Part shown: piece after piece, positions 9,145-19,958 of the stretch
Layout: each line of letters begins with the position of its first letter
Numbering within the stretch: the stretch's first letter is position 1
DNA from: an uncultured virus (IMG/VR IMGVR_UViG_3300035498_001325)
Lineage: Duplodnaviria > Heunggongvirae > Uroviricota > Caudoviricetes
Length of the DNA: 64,000 bases
Strand: one strand, 5' to 3'
IMG/VR virus record: IMGVR_UViG_3300035498_001325
Made by a program: the position numbers and the translations under genes
The notes under the pieces: generated by a model
The model's input: the letters and a program-made list of their open reading frames with translations, nothing else
Told to the model about the DNA's origin: nothing
Database searches by the model: none

Positions 9145-12100
9145 TCAGGTGCAGGTTCTTTAGTTTGTTATGCAACAGATATAACTAAAGTTGACCCTAT
9201 TGAATATGACCTAATTTTTGAGCGTTTCCTCAATAAGGACAGAGGAAAGCTGCCTAAACAATATTGGGCATTAAAAGTGAACTTAAAAAGGTGTGCTTAA
9301 TAATATTTAAGTGCTAACGGTAAAAGTTAAATAAGACTACCTGTTGAAGCCTTACAAGGAGATAATAGGTATATGATTTGTAATCATAGGTAGAATATAC
9401 TTCTACAGACGAAATAGCTTTCTAAGAGAGTCTAAGGTGCTTTAAAAGCATAGCTGATAATACCGTGTCTTTAATAAGATGTAACGACTATCCAATTATT
9501 TGGAGTACCATTATAAAATGGGAAGTGCTTTTATACAAAATTATTTATGAAAAATTGTTTTGTAAAGATATAGTCTAATGTTATAGAAAACTATAAATGA
9601 TAATGGATATTGATGCAGATTTCTGTATTTACAATGGTGATAAGGTTTTTGAATACTTGAATAATAAGTATGGTAAAAATCACTGTTGTAATATTATTAC
9701 TTTCCAAAGATTACAAACTAAAGCAATAATAAAAGATTTAGCAAGAGCTTTGGAAGTAGATTTTAGTGAAGTAAATCAATTTACAGCATCTATACCTGAT
9801 AAGATTGATGATAAAGATGTACATATAAAAGATTTAGTTGATAATCCTCAATTTTCTTGGTTTTTTAATAAATATCCACTTATTAAGAAACACGCTTTAA
9901 AATTAGAGGGAATACCTAAATCAACATCTCAGCATCCTGCTGGTATTGGTGTTGTACCTTGTGAAATAACTGATTTAGTACCTGTTGTTCCTGCAAAGGA
10001 AACAGCAAGTGGTATGAAAACATATTTATCACAGTTTGAAAAAGATTTCGTGGTCCGTTATATAAGAAATTATATAAATGAATCCTGTGAACTGCTGGAA
10101 GCCTAAGTATATAATTATCATATATATGGTAATCAGCAACCAAGACAAATGGTAACATTTGTAAGGTTCAGAGACTAAGTTATGGAGTCCAATTTGAGAA
10201 TTTGTTTAAAGATTGGATGGTAAAAACTCAAGAGTGCAGGACACCTAAGTATAAATATTAAATCATTTATATATGGTGATGATATAGTCCGATACTCTTA
10301 TGAAAATAGGAGAGTATAAGATAAAGAGCTTATACATAACAATAATGCAAACTGAACAAATGGGTGTAAACATAACTGCACCCGTAAAAGTGGGTTATAT
10401 GCTGGAAACTGCTTAGAGCCTTTATGCACCTACAATATTTTGTGTTTATTGTAGTCGAAACAGTTAAAGGATTGCACAATCAGCAGGCACGATAAGGTCC
10501 GCCTCAGAGACTATGAGAATATCTCAGGTATATAATGGTGACGTTATATATCAACCCCACTAAATAGAATTTATTTCTATGAATGATATAGTCCAGACTG
10601 AATATGAATTAACATATTGTAATTCTATGTGGTAATGTCACACATAGGATAATGGCTGAAAAGTCCAGATAACAAGCAGAAATGTCTTGTTTTTATCGTA
10701 AAAACATATATAATAAAATTATGATAAAATAATGATAAAAAAGGGTCAAGCTAGATGTATTAAAACTCGCAACGTGCAGCCAACTTAGATTTATGGTTGA
10801 TAAGATAAATCAAAAATATAATTTAAACTTAACAGAAGATAAAATACCATTGGATGACAAAAAAACTTGGGATTTAATTTCAAGTGGTAAAACATTAGGT
10901 GTATTTCAGTTTGCTTCTCCATTAGGAATAAGCACTGTAAGAAAAATGCACCCTGCAAATATTGAAGAATTAGCAGCAGCAACATCATTCATTAGACCTG
11001 GTTCATCAGGACTTGACAACTATATGAAAGGTAAAGATGATGCTACAAAAGTTGCTAAAACCGATGAAAGATTAGATAAATGCTTAAAGTCCACTTATGG
11101 GGCTATCGTTTTCCAAGAACAGATAATGATGCTTATATCTGAATTACTTGGTGTTTCATTTGGTCAAGCAGATATATATAGAAGAGCATTAGAAAAACCT
11201 AACAAAGGAAAAAATGTAAAGATAGTAAAAGAGTTCAACGAAGCAGTTGTAGAAAAAGCAACTCAATTAGGATTTTCTCCAAAGGTTGCTGAGAATGTTA
11301 AAAATTCTATTATTGAAAATTCAGGTTATTCATTTAATAAATGTTTAGCAGGCAGTGAAATAATTTATGATTATGATGTAAATAATTACAAATTATTAGA
11401 AAATAAAAAAATAACCATTAAGGAAATGTACTTAATTAAGAATGATATGGATTATGCAAAAGAGCATTATCAGATAACATTAAGAAAATTATATAATACT
11501 TATGGTTATGGTTTTGCTTTATCTATGAATGAAGATGGTAAATTGATAAAAAATAAAATTATTGATATAACATTTTCAGGTAAACTTCCTGTTTATAATG
11601 TAGAAACAGAAACAGGTGAAAAGGTTAAGTGTACAATGAATCATAAATTCCCTACACCGAATGGAAATAAGTTGTTAAGTGAATTAACTATTGGTGATAA
11701 ATTATATGTAAATGATAATTATACTACTAAACTTTCAAAAATAAAGAGTATTACTTATTTACACGAAGAAGATACTTATAATATTGAAATGGCAGACCCA
11801 TACCATAATTTATTGATGAATGATGGTATAGTTGTTTGTAATAGCCACGCTGTATGTTATTCAGTTATTTCATATCAAACAGCTTGGATGAAAATGAATT
11901 ATCCTATTGTTTTCTATTCAATTATGCTTGATGATTGTAGTGAAAGTGATTTTACATTATTCTTACAAGAAGCAAAAGCAAGAGGTATTGAAATAGGTTC
12001 TCCTGATATAAATAAAAGTAAATATTTATGTCAGATAGAGGGTGACGATACAATCAGAATAGGACTTAAATCAATAAAGGGCGTTGGTCCTGCTGCTGTA

Positions 12101-13000
12101 AAATGTATTGAAGAATTACAACCATTTGATTCATTAAACGATTTTATGAATAAAAAGACAGCTGCCGTAAATAAAAAAGTATTAGAAGCTTTAGTAAATA
12201 TTGGAGCTTTAAATTCTTTAGGTGTTGAAATTGATGAAGAAGATAAAGTGTTATATAAAAATACTAAAATAGAGGAAAATAAGATATATTTTGACAGAGA
12301 ACAGTTAAAAATCTTTTTTAAACACTATATATTGGAAACAGAGAAGAAATCAATTCCTAATTATTTAATACCAAAATCTAATTTTAAGGGTAAAATACTT
12401 AATCAATTTGAAATGGTAGAAGAAGATGGTGGATTTGTTATTCCCGAAGATAAACTTTCTCTTGTGGAAGTAGATTTAACAGAAGAAGAAAAAGCAAAAT
12501 ACAAAACGAGAAAGAAACCTAAAGGAGAGTTTAAAGATTTAACTAAATCAGTAAAAATATCTCCATTTAAAAAAGTATTAATGACTTATGCTAATGAATT
12601 AGATAATATCAAAGAAGATAAAATTGCAAATTATATTAATGAGTTTGAAGCACTTGGATATTCATTTATAGAACATCCTTGTCAGAAATATATTAATAAA
12701 ATTTATGATAAGAATAATCCTAAATCAACTTTTAAAGATATAAAAGATGGTTCACTTTGTCTTACCTGTGGTTTTATAAATGGTATTGAAGAAAAGCTTA
12801 CTAAGAATAAGAAAACATATTATGTTGTAAACTTAGTAACACCAGTTGATATTGTTCAATTACAGTTATGGGGTAATCAATACGAAAATTTAAAAGACAA
12901 AATTCAGCTTAAAAAGTTAATTATTGTCAGAGGTATTAAAGGATATGGCAGAATATCTGTCGAAGCAATAGAACCTGTAAAAGTAGGTTCAAAAAAGTAA
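9031..13000 (+). CDS. dnaE: DNA polymerase III alpha subunit, C-terminal half: join(9031..9255,9606..10046,10348..10367,10744..13000), 980-aa precursor with N-terminal IntC and an internal intein
   Basis: Splicing restores SGAGSLVCY, FERFLN, LP|DIDADF, SQHPAG, QFEKD|QTEQMGV|VKLDVL, GVFQF, VFQEQIM, GYSFNK|SHAVCY and a C-terminal OB fold. Confidence 0.92.
9256..9605 (+). ncRNA. Group I intron dnaE-I1, 350 nt, no ORF
   Basis: Exon ends in U; P1 tgcct/gggca with U.G; core gctaacggt, aataccgtg, gtaacgacta, aagatatagtcta; ends in G; restores PDID. Confidence 0.9.
10047..10347 (+). ncRNA. Group I intron dnaE-I2, 301 nt, no ORF
   Basis: Core actgctggaagc, aatcagcaac, ttcagagactaa, gatgatatagtcc; U before and G at the end; in-frame join KD|QTE. 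Confidence 0.85.
10368..10743 (+). ncRNA. Group I intron dnaE-I3, 376 nt, no ORF
   Basis: P1 gggtgt/gcaccc; core atgctggaaac, aatcagcagg, tcagagactat, aatgatatagtcc; join GT|G gives GVVKLD. Confidence 0.88.
11342..11842 (+). mobile_element. Cis mini-intein in DnaE, 167 aa, no endonuclease
   Basis: FNK|CLAGSE...KCTMNHKF...TYNIEM...VVCN|SHA. Confidence 0.9.
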
Positions 13001-13040
13001 CCAAATTAAAAAATCATTTAATAAAGGAAGTGACTAACAA

Positions 13041-14015
13041 TTGATAGAAGCAACAGAATATCAATTTACAAACGTATTTTCAGAAAGACCAATAGAATTT
13101 AATGAGAATGGTCTTGCAACAGTTTCAGTTGGTTTTGATAAGAGTTTAAAAGAACCAAGACCATATAACAAATATAGTATAGCAGCTGAAAAAGCTATAT
13201 TAGATAGAATTTATAGAAGATATACAGGAGAGGTTCAGACAGTTTCATTTTTAGCTGATTTCCATTGTCCTGATTTCGATGCTAATTTCTTTCATACATA
13301 TATCAAGAATAATAGAGATAAGAACCTTGATTTGATTATTTTAGGTGGCGATGTTTTTGATTGTGGTAAGTATAGTTCTAAATTCGTTAATAAAGATACT
13401 GCTTCAATTGCAGATGAAAAGAGAAGTACAGAATATGTATTTAGCACATTAAGAAAAAGTTTTCCTAATACAAAAATTTTATATATAATTGGTAATCACG
13501 AAAAAAGAATTGATACTTACATCTATAAGGGATTAGGTGATGTAACTAATGATACGATTAGTACGGGTACAAAGTTTATAGATGAACTTTGCAATAAGTA
13601 TCAGATAGAGTTCTTAGTTTCAAATGTAATTCAGATTGGTGATGTTATTTTCACACACGGTACTAATTATAATAAGAACCCTTTAATAAGTGCAGAAAAG
13701 GACGTAGAACATTATAAGTCATTAAGACATATATTACCTAATGAAAACTTTAAGGCTTTAATTATGGGGCATACACATCACGCAGCTAACTTCGCAGCTA
13801 CTTCTAATAATTCAGAAATATTTATAGCTGAATCAGGTTGTATGTGCCACGATATTCCTCAATATCATTTTGATAGTAAGTGTAGCACTGCTTGGAAGAA
13901 TGGTTATGCAACTATTAGATTAAATAGAAAAGGCGAATTTTTAGTAAATGAATCAAGGGTTTATATGGCAAACAGAAGTGAATTAGATAACCCTGCTGAT
14001 TATTGTATAGATTAA
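13041..14015 (+). CDS. Calcineurin-like metallophosphoesterase
   Basis: DFH, GDVFD, GNHE, THG, GHTH motifs. Confidence 0.85.
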   Translation: MIEATEYQFTNVFSERPIEFNENGLATVSVGFDKSLKEPRPYNKYSIAAEKAILDRIYRRYTGEVQTVSFLADFHCPDFDANFFHTYIKNNRDKNLDLIILGGDVFDCGKYSSKFVNKDTASIADEKRSTEYVFSTLRKSFPNTKILYIIGNHEKRIDTYIYKGLGDVTNDTISTGTKFIDELCNKYQIEFLVSNVIQIGDVIFTHGTNYNKNPLISAEKDVEHYKSLRHILPNENFKALIMGHTHHAANFAATSNNSEIFIAESGCMCHDIPQYHFDSKCSTAWKNGYATIRLNRKGEFLVNESRVYMANRSELDNPADYCID

Positions 14016-14067
14016 AAAAACAAGGGGGAGATTTTTTCTCCCCCTTTATATGAAAGGAAATAGTTAT

Positions 14068-15039
14068 ATGAATGAAATTTATAGAATTGTAGATTCAAGA
14101 GATAATAAAACTAAGTATATAGGAAAGGTTGCTTCTCGTGATGAAACAAGAGATAGCAAGGTAAGATTTAAGGAACACGTTTGTAAAGATTTTTGGGCTG
14201 CTAATATGGTAGCAAAAATTTATAAATTAGATTCTTTTAAGCATAATGGTAAGCTTGTTGTAATTGATGAAAAAATGGGTAATAATGAAATAATGTTCAT
14301 TGAAAATCATTTAATGTCATTATATAATACTAATGAACATTGCAATGAACAGTTTTCTTTTACAAGCGGACAGATTTTAAGTAATAACCTTAATGATTAT
14401 AATTGGGTTGAAATTACTGATGAAGAAATAAAAGGTGAAGTAGCTCAGTTTGATGAATATTTCAACAGAGTAATGAGAAAGAGCGATAATGCTAAGAATA
14501 GAAACTATATTTCTCAGCTTTGCAATAATTTATTAAGAAAAGTTGAAAGACTTATAAATAAATTCCCTTCTGATACTGTAAGACTTACTGTAAAGTATGA
14601 TGAAAATAATAAAGTAAAATTAAATTTTGTAGAGAATAAGGAAAATAAAAGAGCGGAAGATGTAAAGAATATTGTAAATAAGAAAGTAGAAGAACTTAAA
14701 GCAAAGAATACTCTTTTAACAGGTTTTATTACATACGATAAAATTAAACCTCATACTCCATTTGGTACTTATGGAAATATTGTTAAGATTGAAGAAAAGG
14801 TTTCCACAAATCCAAAGTATAAGTATGAAGATAAGAGATATTGCAATATTAGATTTGAAGCTAATAATGGTAATTTATTTACAATGCAATTATGGAGAGA
14901 AGATATAGATAAGTTCAGACCTTTATTAAACGAAGCAAAGAAAAATCCTAATACTAAATACTTTGTTTATGGTCAAAAAAGAGAAGATAACGGCTACGAA
15001 AACATTACAGTACCTAAAGGTATATATAGAGCTAATTGA
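14068..15039 (+). CDS. GIY-YIG-like nuclease domain fused to a C-terminal OB-like domain
   Basis: EIYRI..KYIGK..RFKEH at the N-terminus; C-terminus resembles the DnaE OB fold of this window. Confidence 0.55.
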   Translation: MNEIYRIVDSRDNKTKYIGKVASRDETRDSKVRFKEHVCKDFWAANMVAKIYKLDSFKHNGKLVVIDEKMGNNEIMFIENHLMSLYNTNEHCNEQFSFTSGQILSNNLNDYNWVEITDEEIKGEVAQFDEYFNRVMRKSDNAKNRNYISQLCNNLLRKVERLINKFPSDTVRLTVKYDENNKVKLNFVENKENKRAEDVKNIVNKKVEELKAKNTLLTGFITYDKIKPHTPFGTYGNIVKIEEKVSTNPKYKYEDKRYCNIRFEANNGNLFTMQLWREDIDKFRPLLNEAKKNPNTKYFVYGQKREDNGYENITVPKGIYRAN

Positions 15040-15101
15040 TTAAAAAGATATTCAAAAAGGGAGAATTTATTTCTCCCTTTATTTATAAGAGGGGGTTAAT
15101 T

Positions 15102-15929
15102 ATGATTTTTAAAATAAAAAATAAAGAAAAATTTGAAGCAAGGAAGAAACAAAACAAAAAAATTAGACAAAATTCTGACAATGAATTATATAAGATTGCA
15201 AAAAGTATGTATGACGGAGGATTAAAAAAAACAATAAGAGAAGATAAAGAAATTACTGAAAGAATAAAAGGATTATTTAATGTTTTAACTCAGGAAAATT
15301 TAAATGAGTTACAAAGAAAACTAATAATATTAAAAATACAGGAATTAAATAATCATTTATTTGCAATAGAACCAAAAGGAATTGAAGAAATAAATAAAAT
15401 AAGAATAAATCTTGAAGAACTTTATAATTTAGCTAAAAATAAAAGACAAATAGATTATATATATGGATATATATTAGTACCTGTCAAAGAAATAGATATT
15501 TATAACTTTAAACAAAATATAAAAGAAAAAATCGAAATTAACAAATATACTATATTTTTTGATAATTATGGTTATGTATATATGCAAAAATATTACCCTC
15601 ATAGATATGGTTTTATAAATATAACATTTAGAATAAAAGAAAAAGATTGTATGGTATTAACAGATTATATAGATGAAAATAAAACAAATGAATTTAATCA
15701 TCAAATAATTGCAAAATTAACAGATGATTATGAATTTTGTAATTTAAGTGAAGCTGAAATAGAGTATTATTTACACGATGCAAATTATGAAGAACGTAAA
15801 GTATATATAGAATATGAAAATAAAAAAGATATTGCAGGAATAAATAAATTAATATTAGAATATAGAAAAAAATGGGGAATTAATAATGAAGAGATTAGTG
15901 AAGATTTCAGAGAGAATAAAAAAGTTTGA
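15102..15929 (+). CDS. Degenerate paralogue of the putative ADP-ribosyltransferase 18086..18853 (start revised to 15102)
   Basis: Shares IKNKE-F..R N-terminus and KIQELN with 18863; shares LTD-Y..NL with 18086 and 18863. Confidence 0.6.
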   Translation: MIFKIKNKEKFEARKKQNKKIRQNSDNELYKIAKSMYDGGLKKTIREDKEITERIKGLFNVLTQENLNELQRKLIILKIQELNNHLFAIEPKGIEEINKIRINLEELYNLAKNKRQIDYIYGYILVPVKEIDIYNFKQNIKEKIEINKYTIFFDNYGYVYMQKYYPHRYGFINITFRIKEKDCMVLTDYIDENKTNEFNHQIIAKLTDDYEFCNLSEAEIEYYLHDANYEERKVYIEYENKKDIAGINKLILEYRKKWGINNEEISEDFRENKKV

Positions 15930-16083
15930 AAAAATAGCGAAAGTAATAGAAAATAAATTAAATAAAATTGATAAAGATTATTCTCACGAAAATGAATTGT
16001 TAGGAATTTCTCCTTCTGAATATGAAATATATAATATTTCAGAAATTGAAAGTATGTTATCGGCAGGCATTGTTTGTAAATAA
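15886..16083 (+). CDS. Small protein with N-terminal MKRL tag
   Basis: MKRLVKISER; loosely resembles the N-terminus of 18086..18853. Confidence 0.5.
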   Translation: MKRLVKISERIKKFEKIAKVIENKLNKIDKDYSHENELLGISPSEYEIYNISEIESMLSAGIVCK

Positions 16084-16116
16084 TTATATATTCTTATATT
16101 AAGAGGTGATATTAAT

Positions 16117-16677
16117 TTGGTAATTTTAGGTTTAGATATATCCTTAAATAGAACAGGATATTTTGTTTTTGAAAGTGATACAATGGAAGTTTTAGATTAT
16201 GGTGGTATACCAAATGAAGGTGCGGAAGAAGATAAATTATTAAATATATATACAATAATAAAAGATATAGTAGAAAAATGGAAACCAGAGGGTTGTGGTA
16301 TTGAAAAAGAGTTCGCAAGTAGAAATCCTGATGTATTGATGAAATTAAGTCATTGTCACGGTTGTTGTTTAATTATATTGGCTCAAAATAAAATAAGATA
16401 TACATATTATCCTGTTATGACATTAAAAAGTGAAACATTAGATGAACTAAAACTTAAAAAAGAAGATGGTACAAGAAAAACTGGTGATGAATTAAAAGAA
16501 GAAGTAGCGGAAAAGATATTTGATATTTTTGGTAAAGACCAGTTTATTAAACCATTTAAAACTGATGAAACTGATGCTGCAAGTGCTGCGTATGTATATT
16601 ATAAATTAAATGGCGAAGATATAGTTAAAAAGAAAAAAGAAGCTAAGAAAAAGGCTAAAAAGAAAAAGAGGGAATAA
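16117..16677 (+). CDS. RuvC-like Holliday junction resolvase
   Basis: ILGLDISLNRTGY, GIEK, DETDA acidic motifs. Confidence 0.8.
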   Translation: MVILGLDISLNRTGYFVFESDTMEVLDYGGIPNEGAEEDKLLNIYTIIKDIVEKWKPEGCGIEKEFASRNPDVLMKLSHCHGCCLIILAQNKIRYTYYPVMTLKSETLDELKLKKEDGTRKTGDELKEEVAEKIFDIFGKDQFIKPFKTDETDAASAAYVYYKLNGEDIVKKKKEAKKKAKKKKRE

Positions 16678-16693
16678 TCCCTCTTTTTTATGA

Positions 16694-17161
16694 TTAAAAA
16701 TTAAATAATTTCTTGATTGCGGCTTCTGGTAATTTTTTACCATTAATATAAATATCAAACATAACCCACGCTTTATATTCTCGTATTTCACCTGTACCTT
16801 TTGGTTCTTGTAAAATTTCCATAGTACGTATTTCGTTTGTTCTTGCTTTTGCTGCACATTCTGCATAAATATATTCGTGATATGGATGAATGTCTTTAGG
16901 TCTACAAGGAAGTACATCCATTATAGTATACTTAATTTCTTGGTCTAATGGAGTATCTGTTTCAGGGAAAGTTGTTTTAATGGTTTGTTGTTTTGGGAGT
17001 CCATTTACTTCAAAAGTTGAGTATACACATTCCCCTCTATTGGAATCACCTTTTTTGCTATCAAAATAATATACACTTGTACATACAATGTCACAAGTAA
17101 CAGTGATTGGAAAATAATCTGTTATATCTTCTAATGAACTTTTACATATTAATCTTTTCAT
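16694..17161 (-). CDS. Hypothetical protein with MKRL tag
   Basis: MKRLICKSS; SD gaggt. Confidence 0.7.
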   Translation of the reverse strand: MKRLICKSSLEDITDYFPITVTCDIVCTSVYYFDSKKGDSNRGECVYSTFEVNGLPKQQTIKTTFPETDTPLDQEIKYTIMDVLPCRPKDIHPYHEYIYAECAAKARTNEIRTMEILQEPKGTGEIREYKAWVMFDIYINGKKLPEAAIKKLFNF

Positions 17162-17253
17162 TATTCATACCTCTTTTTTTAGTTTTTATATATTTTAAAA
17201 ATATAAAACATTCTTAATATAATAAGTATAAAATTTTGAAAGGATTGAGTAAT

Positions 17254-18036
17254 TTGTTAGGTTGTATAATTGGTGATATAGTTGGTAGTATATATGAATT
17301 TGATAATATAAAAGAAAAAGATTTTCCATTTTTTCAAGAGGAATGTGAATTTACTGATGATACAATTATAAGTATTGCAATTGCAGATGCTTTAATGGAG
17401 TATAAACGGAATGGTAAAGACTTTAAGGAAGAATGTATAAATAAAATGAAATATTGGGGTAACAAATATCCTAATTTAAGTTATGGGGATAGTTTCGACA
17501 GATGGTTAAAGACAGATACAAGAGAACCATATAATAGTTTTGGTAATGGTTCGGCTATGAGAGTAAGTGCTATTGGTGAATTGAGTAATAGTTTGGAAGA
17601 ATGTTTACAATTAGCTCAAATATCAGCAGAGGTAACTCATAATCATCCTGAAGGAATAAAAGGTGCGGTTGTTACAGCAGGTTGTATATATTTAGCAAAA
17701 CAAAAGAATAAAGAAATAATAAAAGACTTTGTGAGTAAATATTATAATTTAAACTTTGATGTAGATGTTTTAAGATATATATATGATTTTGATGAAACTT
17801 GTCAAGGTTCAGTACCACAAGCAATAAAATGTTTTTTAGAAAGTAATAGTTTTGAAGATACTATAAGAACAACAATAAGCATTGGTGGAGATAGCGATAC
17901 ATTAGCTGCTATAAGTGGTAGCATTGCAGAAATATTTTATGGTATACCTGAGAACATCAAACAAGAAACCAATAAATTCTTAAATGATGAAATAAGAGAA
18001 TTTTTAAATGAATATAATAAAATGTTGCAACAATAA
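17254..18036 (+). CDS. ADP-ribosylglycohydrolase (DraG/ARH family); TTG start probably at 17254
   Basis: GDIVGS, FTDDT, GNGSAMR, VTHNHP, GGDSDT motifs all intact. Confidence 0.92.
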   Translation: MLGCIIGDIVGSIYEFDNIKEKDFPFFQEECEFTDDTIISIAIADALMEYKRNGKDFKEECINKMKYWGNKYPNLSYGDSFDRWLKTDTREPYNSFGNGSAMRVSAIGELSNSLEECLQLAQISAEVTHNHPEGIKGAVVTAGCIYLAKQKNKEIIKDFVSKYYNLNFDVDVLRYIYDFDETCQGSVPQAIKCFLESNSFEDTIRTTISIGGDSDTLAAISGSIAEIFYGIPENIKQETNKFLNDEIREFLNEYNKMLQQ

Positions 18037-18085
18037 ATACTTTTCGTTGTGTTATTTTTATAATAAAAAAGGAGAAGTGTTAATT

Positions 18086-18853
18086 ATGAATAGAGTTTGC
18101 AAAAGAGTAAACGAATTACAAAAAATAAAGAAAATGGTTTCAATGTATAATTGGATTAGTAATAAGATAGACGAAGAAAATTTAAAAATCACTGCAAGTA
18201 TAAATAAAAAGAATTTAGAATTATTAAAAATTGGCAAGGAATTACTTGCGTATAGGATATATTTAGCTTCAAAGGGCATAGATATGTTAGAATTGCAAAT
18301 AATTGAATATACCGCTCAACCTATTGCAGATTATCAATATACAGGTACTAAAAAAGATAAACTTCCTGTTAATTTATTTAAAAATGCACAAGATATTGCA
18401 AAAAAATATTTAGGTAGTTGTATATATAATGGTATAGCATATAGAGGTATTTATGTTGATTTAGATAAAATCGATATTAATAATTTAGAATCAAGTACAG
18501 ATGCTGCTATTTGGAGAAGTCAAGTAGATAGTTTTTCAATTGATAAAAAAGTTGTAGATAATTTTAAAAATCAAAATTTTAATGGAGAATATATCGAAGG
18601 TAAAAATACTCCTGTAAAAATACAATTTACTCCAAAAGACGGAATATACTTCAATATTTTTTGGAAAGAATTAAAAGAAATATATATTGAAGTTTATGAT
18701 GAAGAAGGAAAAGATATATTTTCAGATACATATAGTGATGTTGATAAAAGTTTTAAAAACGAAGAAGAAGTAGCAGCAATATTGACAGATGGTTTTACGA
18801 TTTATAATTTAGAAGAAATAAAAGATGAAGTTTTAAAATATAAGAAAGGATAA
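18086..18853 (+). CDS. Putative R-S-E class ADP-ribosyltransferase (start revised to 18086)
   Basis: AYRGI ... DSFSID ... NEEEV in the expected order; adjacent to an ARH gene. Confidence 0.6.
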   Translation: MNRVCKRVNELQKIKKMVSMYNWISNKIDEENLKITASINKKNLELLKIGKELLAYRIYLASKGIDMLELQIIEYTAQPIADYQYTGTKKDKLPVNLFKNAQDIAKKYLGSCIYNGIAYRGIYVDLDKIDINNLESSTDAAIWRSQVDSFSIDKKVVDNFKNQNFNGEYIEGKNTPVKIQFTPKDGIYFNIFWKELKEIYIEVYDEEGKDIFSDTYSDVDKSFKNEEEVAAILTDGFTIYNLEEIKDEVLKYKKG

Positions 18854-18862
18854 GGTGGTATT

Positions 18863-19594
18863 TTGTTACTTACAATAAAGAACAAAGAAGTTTTTAATTC
18901 AAGAAGAAAAAATAATAAAAGGTTGAAAGAAAATCCTAATGATAAAAGAGCAAAAATGGCGAAAGGATTTATTGATTTTAAAATAAGAGAAAGAATAAGG
19001 ACTGAACAATGTATACTTTCAAAAATACAAAAATTATTAAATACAATGCTTGCATTAAAAAACAACAATGATAAAAATTGCAAATTACAAATAAATATTA
19101 TAATGTATAAAATACAAGAATTAAATGGTTTTTTTACTCTTCTAAAATGTAAAACGGTAGATAAAATAATTGACGAACATAGCGTAACTTTGGATGGTAT
19201 TTATTCTTTAGAGGAAAACAAAGAAACCATAAACAATGAAATATTTACGATAAAATTAATTCCGAAAGATAAAATAAATCCATTAGAATTAGAAGAATCA
19301 TTAAGAGATAACATAACAACAAACAATGTCAATTTATTTTTTTCCAACGAATCAAGTGCTATTTCAAGAAAATATTTATTTGATGAGTTTTTAGATAAAA
19401 ACAATATTGTTGTAGAAATTAAAACAATTAGTAATACCCCATTGTTTTTAAACAAATATATTAATGAAGATATAAATAAGGATTTTCGTTTAATTGCGTA
19501 TCATTTTGATAATTGGGTTATTGATGAATTAACAGATAATTATGAAATAATTAATTTAGAAAAAATCAGAGAAGAATTAAACATACAGCAATAA
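18863..19594 (+). CDS. Degenerate paralogue of the putative ADP-ribosyltransferase
   Basis: VIDELTDNYEIINLEKIREEL vs VAAILTDGFTIYNLEEIKDEV; lacks YRG and ExE. Confidence 0.6.
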   Translation: MLLTIKNKEVFNSRRKNNKRLKENPNDKRAKMAKGFIDFKIRERIRTEQCILSKIQKLLNTMLALKNNNDKNCKLQINIIMYKIQELNGFFTLLKCKTVDKIIDEHSVTLDGIYSLEENKETINNEIFTIKLIPKDKINPLELEESLRDNITTNNVNLFFSNESSAISRKYLFDEFLDKNNIVVEIKTISNTPLFLNKYINEDINKDFRLIAYHFDNWVIDELTDNYEIINLEKIREELNIQQ

Positions 19595-19644
19595 ATATTT
19601 TTTCTTTTATTATATTTAAAATAAAAAAAGAAAGGATAATTTGT

Positions 19645-19914
19645 ATGCAAGAGTTTAAAAGAAATGATATTGTTAAAAATTTTAGACGTGAATTTTTAAA
19701 TGAGAATGAACACGATTTCATATTTAAAATATTATATATTGCAGATAATACAGAAACTAAAGAAAAACAAGTAGTATATCAAGCAATGTTTTCTAATGAA
19801 ATGTTAGGTTATGATTATAATGTTTTAATTACTCCATTATCTTTATTTACCCAAGAGGTAGATAAAACTATTTATCCAAAAATAAAACAGAAATATGTAT
19901 TTGAAAAATTGTAA
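19645..19914 (+). CDS. DUF1653-like small protein
   Basis: KNFR..IADNTETKEKQVVYQAM..R/P..F pattern. Confidence 0.65.
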   Translation: MQEFKRNDIVKNFRREFLNENEHDFIFKILYIADNTETKEKQVVYQAMFSNEMLGYDYNVLITPLSLFTQEVDKTIYPKIKQKYVFEKL

Positions 19915-19958
19915 TAAATAAGCCCTTAGTTGTTTTTCTAAGGGCTTTAATTTTTTAA

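Noticed and set aside
13041..14015. Metallophosphoesterase as the missing DnaE PHP half
   Set aside because: It has calcineurin-like motifs rather than PHP motifs, and no IntN.
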